From Nitrospira sp. (GTDB lineage: Bacteria; Nitrospirota; Nitrospiria; Nitrospirales; Nitrospiraceae): DNA of 64,000 nt. The notes under the pieces were generated by a model, which saw only the letters and a list, made by a program, of their open reading frames with translations, did no database searches and had not been told where the DNA came from. This document shows, one piece after another, positions 58,407-64,000 of this stretch (its first letter is position 1; every line of letters begins with the position of its first letter). The stretch spans positions 10,277 to 74,276 of the forward strand of contig JAHBWR010000002.1 of NCBI GenBank assembly GCA_019636875.1, written 5' to 3'. The position numbers were made by a program, and so were the translations under genes.

Positions 58407-59306
58407 CTAGGCTGCTCGAGTGGAGGGTGTCGACAGGATGTGGAGCAGAGCCTCTCCCATCTTCGTCAACGCCGTTGCAGCCGGAGAGGACGGAGCGTGT
58501 TGGATCACAGGGGTATAGGCGCGTACGGCTTGCTCCATTGCAGGATCTTCAGGAATCTCACCGAGCAGAGTTAAGTCACCACCGACATATTCCTTGAGTA
58601 ACTTTTTCAGCTGCGGCACGTTGACGCGGGCACGTCCCGATACACGATTAAGGACGAGGGCAGGCTGAAAAGCCCGCAATGTTGATTCAGCGATCGTTCG
58701 CCCTGATTCGTCCGTCTTGCCGGCGACCTCGAGCACTTCCTCCACGCTGCAGTAATCGCGATTGGCAAGTCCTTCCGCCATGACATCGCGCATCAAAAAC
58801 ATGGAGAGCACGCGTCGAATAGCGGCCAGCTTGATAAAGCGGTAGAGATCCAGAACCGAGGTCGGATCAGGGGTCGCCACCGCGAGGTGGTGGTCAGCCA
58901 TAAGAAAAAAGTCAAGCGCGTGATAGCTTGTGCCGGCTCCGATATCGGCGACAATGACGTCGGCATGCACGTCTTGGAAGGTGCGAATGAGTCGCTTTTT
59001 TTGAGAATACGCCATATTGGCTGTTGCGAGTGTGTCCCCCGTTCCCGCGATGATCCGAAGCGAAGGATGCAGAGGAAGAGGGAGCGCCAACTCGTCGAGA
59101 CACTTCACCCGGTGATCAAGAAAATCAGTCATCGTCAGGGTAGGGTGTAGCAGTCCGACCAGCACGTGCGCATCGGAGCCCCCTATGTCGAGATCGGCGA
59201 GGACGACCTGTTTCCCTCTCTTTGCCAGGGCAAATGCCAGATTTGCTGCGACGACACTCTTGCCGACCCCTCCCTTTCCGGATGCAACTGAAATGATGTG
59301 TGCCAT
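58407..59306 (-). CDS. Second MinD/FlhG-family P-loop ATPase
   Basis: SGKGGVGKS, DLDIG, DIGAG, TPDPTS; internal helical insertion. Confidence 0.88.
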   Translation of the reverse strand: MAHIISVASGKGGVGKSVVAANLAFALAKRGKQVVLADLDIGGSDAHVLVGLLHPTLTMTDFLDHRVKCLDELALPLPLHPSLRIIAGTGDTLATANMAYSQKKRLIRTFQDVHADVIVADIGAGTSYHALDFFLMADHHLAVATPDPTSVLDLYRFIKLAAIRRVLSMFLMRDVMAEGLANRDYCSVEEVLEVAGKTDESGRTIAESTLRAFQPALVLNRVSGRARVNVPQLKKLLKEYVGGDLTLLGEIPEDPAMEQAVRAYTPVIQHAPSSPAATALTKMGEALLHILSTPSTRAA

Positions 59307-59444
59307 TAGGATCGGTTCCTGCCGGTTGGCACGGGGTCTAGGGTCCGCTGTGAGGACGTCTGAACAACCTGAATAGACATCGCCAATCCTCGCCTAGTGG
59401 GAAAAAACGAAGCCGAATGTCGGTACGTTGAGTATAGCACCGAC

Positions 59445-59472
59445 TCAAGTTTTCACACTACGGCACCGATAC
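59445..59472 (+). promoter_or_regulatory. sigma28 promoter of the HTH gene
   Basis: TCAA-N16-ACCGATAC. Confidence 0.62.
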
Positions 59473-59482
59473 GGCACCTGTC

Positions 59483-59722
59483 ATGAATGGTGACGTCTCT
59501 ACGGCAACTGAAGATCAGACGGAATCCCGTACGAGTCAAAACGGTGAGATTCTAACCGTGATGGAAGTCGCACGCTTCCTCCGAGTGCCGAAGTCCACTG
59601 TATATAAGCTCGCACGGGCCGGCGAATTGCCTGCCTCAAAAATCGGGAAGCATTGGCGGTTTCTTCGCCGGGATATCCATGAATGGATGCACAGCCGCTC
59701 CGGCCTGACGAAAGATCTATGA
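59483..59722 (+). CDS. Excisionase-like (HTH_17/MerR-type) DNA-binding protein
   Basis: LTVMEVARFLRVPKSTVYKLARAGELPASKIGKHWRF. Confidence 0.88.
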   Translation: MNGDVSTATEDQTESRTSQNGEILTVMEVARFLRVPKSTVYKLARAGELPASKIGKHWRFLRRDIHEWMHSRSGLTKDL

Positions 59723-59746
59723 CCTGCACGTCAATCGTCCAATCCG

Positions 59747-59814
59747 CATGTGCCGGTTCTCAACCGGCGACCCTTCAGGTGCTGAAGACATGAACGGCAG
59801 GAACGGTCCTGCCG
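59747..59814. other. Compact multi-hairpin element
   Basis: CATGT/ACATG closes GCCGGTT-CTC-AACCGGC and CTTCAG-GTG-CTGAAG; followed by CGGCAGGA-ACGG-TCCTGCCG. Confidence 0.45.
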
Positions 59815-59894
59815 GCCTTGTGATGTGCCGAAGATATCGTATTCGGTTCAGATTCCCTCTCACGTGTCTTCGTTCTCTCTCCAATCGTTTCGGC

Positions 59895-59922
59895 TCAGGT
59901 CATTCACCACACATGCCGATAT
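59895..59922 (+). promoter_or_regulatory. sigma28 promoter of cheY-cheZ-motAB
   Basis: TCAG-N16-GCCGATAT. Confidence 0.65.
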
Positions 59923-60001
59923 TCCATGAGATGCCAAGACGTAAAAATGGCGCGGGTCCATCACTGTCCAAGGCGGGACGAACCGTGACAAAGGAGCGAT
60001 T

Positions 60002-60382
60002 ATGCCAGCCGATCCGAATATGAAGATCCTCGTGGTCGATGACATGGTGACGATGCGACGGATCGTGAAAAACGTCCTGAAGCAGTTGGGATTTTCCAAT
60101 ATGGATGAGGCGGAGAACGGGCAGGAAGGTCTCCAAAAGCTGCGCGCCGGCTCGTTCGACTTTGTCGTGTCGGACTGGAACATGCCGGTGATGACGGGTA
60201 TCGATATGCTCCGGGCGATTCGAGCCGACGAGAAGCTCAAAGCGATTCCCGTGTTGATGGTGACGGCAGAGGCTCAGCAACACAATCTGGTCGAGGCGGT
60301 ACAGGCGGGGGTGAGTAACTATATCGTCAAGCCCTTTACCGCAGAAACCATGCAAGAAAAACTCGCGAAGATATTCAAATAG
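60002..60382 (+). CDS. cheY: Chemotaxis response regulator CheY
   Basis: [32 protein letters not shown]. Confidence 0.96.
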   Translation: MPADPNMKILVVDDMVTMRRIVKNVLKQLGFSNMDEAENGQEGLQKLRAGSFDFVVSDWNMPVMTGIDMLRAIRADEKLKAIPVLMVTAEAQQHNLVEAVQAGVSNYIVKPFTAETMQEKLAKIFK

Positions 60383-60431
60383 CACGAAGTCCATTGGAGG
60401 GCGAGGTGCTCGAATTCGGAGGGAGGGGAGA

Positions 60432-61019
60432 GTGAAAAAAAGAGGACATAAGCTCTACGAGGAGCTGGGTGAGTTGGCTCGATTCGTAGAAAACGCCATG
60501 AAGGCGATTTCTGATGCGAGTCCTCAGATTACCTCCAGTGCCACACAACTTCCGACGGCGGCCTCTCATCTGGCGGATCTCTCAAAAATGACTGAAGACG
60601 GGACGATGGAGGTGATGCGCCTGACGGAAACGATTCAGGACAATCGCGACCGCATTGAAAAAGAACTCGCATCGATCGCCGAAACGTTGCACGCAGTGGA
60701 TTGCGTCACGCTTGAAGAACGGGTCGAGACGCTTACGGCTCTACTCGCACAAGACGGGAAGCATCTGACGGAGATCATGACGACCCTGTCGTTTCAGGAT
60801 TTGGTCGCCCAACGAGTCAAGAAACTCGTGACGATTCTGGATGAAGTGCAAGGCAAACTCATGCATCTCGTCGTCGTCTTTGGCCTTCAGCAGAACAATC
60901 AAGACTCCGTCGATCATGGACTGGCCGGTCAGATGCTCAAACAACTTGAGGATTCCAAGACGACCGCGATGAAACAAAAAGTGGCCGACGATATCCTGGC
61001 GCAATTCGGGTTCAAATGA
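60432..61019 (+). CDS. cheZ: CheZ-family phosphatase
   Basis: LYEELGELAR, MTE, SFQDLVAQR (DxxxQ), C-terminal DDILAQFGF. Confidence 0.85.
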   Translation: MKKRGHKLYEELGELARFVENAMKAISDASPQITSSATQLPTAASHLADLSKMTEDGTMEVMRLTETIQDNRDRIEKELASIAETLHAVDCVTLEERVETLTALLAQDGKHLTEIMTTLSFQDLVAQRVKKLVTILDEVQGKLMHLVVVFGLQQNNQDSVDHGLAGQMLKQLEDSKTTAMKQKVADDILAQFGFK

Positions 61020-61031
61020 GGCGTTCTCATA

Positions 61032-61802
61032 ATGGATATTGCAACAATTCTCGGGGTGGTCATTGCATTGGGCTCGATCGCCGGAGGGCAAGCGCTCGAA
61101 GGCGGGCATCTGGGCTCGATCATGCAGCTGACGGCCTTCATCATCGTGATCGGAGGAACGATTGGGGCCATTTGTATTCAGAATCCATTGTCCGTCGTAC
61201 TGAAGGCCGTCGGCGCCCTCTCGCTTACCATTTCGAGTCCCCATATCGACAATAAGGGAACGATCAAGCTCATTCTCGATCTGGCCAATATTTCGAGGAA
61301 GCAAGGCTTGTTGGCACTGGAGGGGAAGCTCAAAGATATTAAAGACCCCTTTATGAAAAAGGGCATTCAACTCATCGTCGATGGGACCGAACCGAAAGCC
61401 GTGATCGAGATCCTGGAGATCGAGGTTGAACACCATGAAGAACAGGGTGTCATCGCGGCCAAGGTCTGGGAAGCAGCCGGTGGGTATGCCCCGACCGTCG
61501 GGATTCTCGGTGCGGTCCTTGGATTAATCCACGTGATGGAAAATCTGGCCGATCCTTCAAAGCTAGGGAGCGGGATTGCCGTGGCCTTCGTCGCGACCGT
61601 GTATGGGGTCGGTGCAGCCAACCTCTTTTTCCTCCCTTTTGCCAACAAGATCAAGCTGAAGCTCAAGGAGGAAGCCGGAGCCCGCAATCTTATGATTATG
61701 GGTCTGGCCGGACTTGCACAAGGCGAAAACCCTCGGCTTCTTCAAGAAAAACTGGAAGGGGTGCTGCCCCATAACGAACGAACCAAGGAGACAAAGAAGT
61801 AA
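61032..61802 (+). CDS. motA: Stator protein MotA
   Basis: RKQGLLALE, GGYAPTVGILGAVLGLI, VATVYG. Confidence 0.96.
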   Translation: MDIATILGVVIALGSIAGGQALEGGHLGSIMQLTAFIIVIGGTIGAICIQNPLSVVLKAVGALSLTISSPHIDNKGTIKLILDLANISRKQGLLALEGKLKDIKDPFMKKGIQLIVDGTEPKAVIEILEIEVEHHEEQGVIAAKVWEAAGGYAPTVGILGAVLGLIHVMENLADPSKLGSGIAVAFVATVYGVGAANLFFLPFANKIKLKLKEEAGARNLMIMGLAGLAQGENPRLLQEKLEGVLPHNERTKETKK

Positions 61803-61873
61803 CGCGTGAAATGTCATGCTCCAAGGCTGAGGCAAAACGTCTCACCGCTCACGTCTAACGGCATACGCACACC

Positions 61874-62674
61874 ATGGCGAAGCATAAACACGAAGAACAT
61901 GAAAACCACGAGCGGTGGCTGGTCTCCTATGCAGACTTCATCACCCTCCTGTTTGCCTTCTTTGTCGTCATGTATTCCATCTCGTCCGTCAATGTCGGGA
62001 AGTACAGAACGGTCAGTGAGTCGATCAAAGCTGCGCTCAATCCCGTTGTCAGTCCTCCGTCCTCTCCGGCGGCGTTTACGTTACAGACCAATAAGTCGGC
62101 ACTCACGGCGCCGGACGCACCGGGGAGCAAAGAACTGGTTGTTCGAAAGCTACGCAATCTGGTGAAGAGCATCAAAGCGGTGCCTCAAATGTCGGCGGTG
62201 CGTGTCACAGAAAAAATCAACGGCGATATCGTGATCACGATTCCTGATCAGCTCCTGTTCAACAGTGGTGAGGCGGCCGTGCGAACCGAGGCGTTGCCAT
62301 TTCTTGAGGGTCTGGGCAGCGCAATTGTCGAACTCAATCGGTACACCAGAGTTGAGGGGCATACCGATAATGTTCCTATTCACACCGCACAATTTCCCTC
62401 CAACTGGGAATTATCAGCCGCCAGAGCCGTGATGGTTGTGCGGGTCCTGTCTGAACTCTATGGCGTCCAGACCGATCATCTTGCCGCGGTCGGACATGCC
62501 GACAGCAGGCCTGTGACGAATAACCTTGATGCCGACCAAAGAGCCAAGAATCGCCGAGTGGAAGTCGTGATTTTAGAGCAAGCGCCGCCGTCTCCTTTGC
62601 TTCAGGAAGAGAGTGATGCGGCTGGTTCAGGGGAATCCACGGGACTAGAGGAGTTGTCGAGCGCCTATCCGTAG
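61874..62674 (+). CDS. motB: Stator protein MotB
   Basis: WLVSYADFITLLFAFFVV, GHTD, NWELSAARA, NRRVE. Confidence 0.96.
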   Translation: MAKHKHEEHENHERWLVSYADFITLLFAFFVVMYSISSVNVGKYRTVSESIKAALNPVVSPPSSPAAFTLQTNKSALTAPDAPGSKELVVRKLRNLVKSIKAVPQMSAVRVTEKINGDIVITIPDQLLFNSGEAAVRTEALPFLEGLGSAIVELNRYTRVEGHTDNVPIHTAQFPSNWELSAARAVMVVRVLSELYGVQTDHLAAVGHADSRPVTNNLDADQRAKNRRVEVVILEQAPPSPLLQEESDAAGSGESTGLEELSSAYP

Positions 62675-62741
62675 ACCCAAAACATACTCGGGCATGAGGC
62701 ATTCAAGGGGAGCTGATCGTGGGGCAGAGTGGGCCGACCAC

Positions 62742-62768
62742 TTAAGTCTCCCGAAAAAGAGCCGACAG
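62742..62768 (+). promoter_or_regulatory. Possible sigma28 promoter of the second che operon
   Basis: TTAA-N15-GCCGACAG (imperfect -10). Confidence 0.4.
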
Positions 62769-62804
62769 TAGATTCTGGTGACTTCACAATGGGGAGCACA
62801 GCAG

Positions 62805-63107
62805 ATGACCACGGAGATATCCGGATCCCAGATGAGTGACCCGGGAGATGCCAATCCACGGCACCTGGCTCCGACCGGCGATCTTACGATCTTTGAAGCA
62901 GGAGAGTTCAAGGAGTCATTGGTGAATCTCATGGCCAACGAAGGGTTGGTCTCGATGGATCTCAGCGGAGTGGCCAGAGTGGATACCGCCGCCATTCAAT
63001 TGATGTTGTCGGCCAGGAAGCAGGCACGCCTGCTGGTGATGGGCATTCCTCAGGAATTGCAGAACAAGTTGAAACAACTTGGGTTCACCGAGCAACTGAG
63101 TGAGTAA
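62805..63107 (+). CDS. STAS-domain protein
   Basis: GDLTIFEA..MDLSGVARVDTAAIQL; GGGGAG RBS. Confidence 0.85.
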   Translation: MTTEISGSQMSDPGDANPRHLAPTGDLTIFEAGEFKESLVNLMANEGLVSMDLSGVARVDTAAIQLMLSARKQARLLVMGIPQELQNKLKQLGFTEQLSE

Positions 63108-63230
63108 CGCGTTGTGCTGATTGAAGCTGAGACAGGATTCGGGCGTGGGCGGCCATGACACGTTATCGTACGCCGTGACCATGAGCGTGTATTGCTCAGA
63201 ACGGAAACACCGCTTCTGCGACAAACGACG

Positions 63231-63773
63231 ATGAGGATCGTGAACGACCACGAAGGAGAATCTCAAAGATTGGCGACTGGTGGGCAGGTCTCCACGACAG
63301 AGCTGGCGGCCCGGCAGCAAGCGTGGAATGCGTTTGCCGACGGGGCCATGCGCATGATTCCAGCCCTAAAGGCACAAATGACGGCCGTGACGGCGGAAAC
63401 CGAACGGGCTGCGGTCGAGCTGTTGGTACACTTACAAGCCCTCGCCTCTCGCGCGGATACCATGACTTCCACGGAACGCTCGGAGAGTGTGTCCCGGGTC
63501 GTCGTGGCGATGCAGTTCCAGGACATTACAAGACAGAAATTGGAGCATGTCGGTCTTGCGCTCGATCAGCTCAAGCGCCACCTGCAAGTTTTGCAAGAAG
63601 GGCCGCTGACGGAGGAGGCACGACAGGAGATCGCGGCGCTTGAACGCATCGAAGAGACGTTCACGATGGAGGAGGAGCGTCGCCTGCATAAGGCCGCACT
63701 GCAACCGGATTATCAAGAACCCGTGCCGGTGGATGTATCGGACAACGGCGGGGATGCGGTGACTCTGTTTTGA
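63231..63773 (+). CDS. Chemotaxis protein with QFQD motif (CheZ-like or receptor C-terminal fragment)
   Basis: TERAA..VVAMQFQDITRQKLEHV, FTMEEER..H, terminal VTLF; start uncertain. Confidence 0.65.
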   Translation: MRIVNDHEGESQRLATGGQVSTTELAARQQAWNAFADGAMRMIPALKAQMTAVTAETERAAVELLVHLQALASRADTMTSTERSESVSRVVVAMQFQDITRQKLEHVGLALDQLKRHLQVLQEGPLTEEARQEIAALERIEETFTMEEERRLHKAALQPDYQEPVPVDVSDNGGDAVTLF

Positions 63774-63824
63774 TGGTGCACCTATACACCCGATCGCACA
63801 CGCAAGACGGTCCTGGAGGGAAAC

Positions 63825-64000
63825 ATGAGTAAGACAGCGCTGATCGTAGATGATTCACCGACGATGCGCCAGATGGTCGCCTTTACCCTGACCAACGCTG
63901 GATTTACTGTGGTTGAAGCCGAGCACGGGAAGGATGCCGTGAACAAGGCCTCAGCCGGGGGGAAGATGGATATCGTGGTCACCGACCTCAACATGCCGGA
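63825..64000 (+). CDS. Second CheY-like response regulator (3'-truncated by window)
   Basis: GGAGG RBS; MSKTALIVDDSPTMRQMVAFTL..VVTDLNMP; not in the supplied ORF track. Confidence 0.9.
   Translation, partial: MSKTALIVDDSPTMRQMVAFTLTNAGFTVVEAEHGKDAVNKASAGGKMDIVVTDLNMP

Noticed and set aside
59483-59722. Prophage or ICE suggested by the excisionase-like gene
   Set aside because: No integrase, tRNA, att repeats or phage genes nearby
59748-60023. 91-aa ORF upstream of cheY
   Set aside because: No motif or clear RBS; overlaps the hairpins and the cheY promoter
61874-62000. Possible Na+-driven stator
   Set aside because: MotB TM has Val eleven residues after the conserved Asp, as in H+-type stators; nothing unusual
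1-64000. CRISPR arrays, tRNA/rRNA, IS elements, c-di-GMP riboswitches
   Set aside because: No repeat-spacer pattern, transposase ORF or recognisable RNA consensus found by eye; an Infernal/Rfam scan would be needed to exclude them fully

Overview
A near-complete flagellar/chemotaxis supercluster, cut at both ends. It runs from the 3' part of fliF through fliG-fliH-fliI-fliJ, fliK-flgDE, fliLMNOPQR-flhBAF-flhG-fliA, flgFGAHIJMNKL-csrA-fliW, then a signalling islet (hybrid kinase, HD-GYP, PilZ brake). A ~15 kb flagellin-glycosylation island follows, then fliC-flaG-fliDS-fliT-like, a degenerate GGDEF, a PilZ gene, a second MinD/FlhG ATPase, an HTH gene, cheY-cheZ-motAB and the start of a second che operon. 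Gene content suggests a diderm bacterium with P/L rings, probably Nitrospira-like (inference, not checked). A sigma54/sigma28 promoter hierarchy and CsrA sites in the fliC leader can be read directly from the sequence. Most notable: (1) FliH is fused to an intact receiver domain, and a hybrid kinase with no partner regulator sits in the same cluster; (2) the glycosylation island has a Maf N-terminus joined to a CgeB-type GT, two GT9 enzymes and giant GT/methyltransferase fusions, next to a minimal flagellin; (3) the signalling proteins share C-terminal -AA degron-like tails; (4) FlgK and FlgL share shuffled, nested modules; (5) there are two candidate structured RNAs. No rRNA, tRNA, CRISPR array or transposase was seen. 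All domain calls are from motif reading, not database searches.
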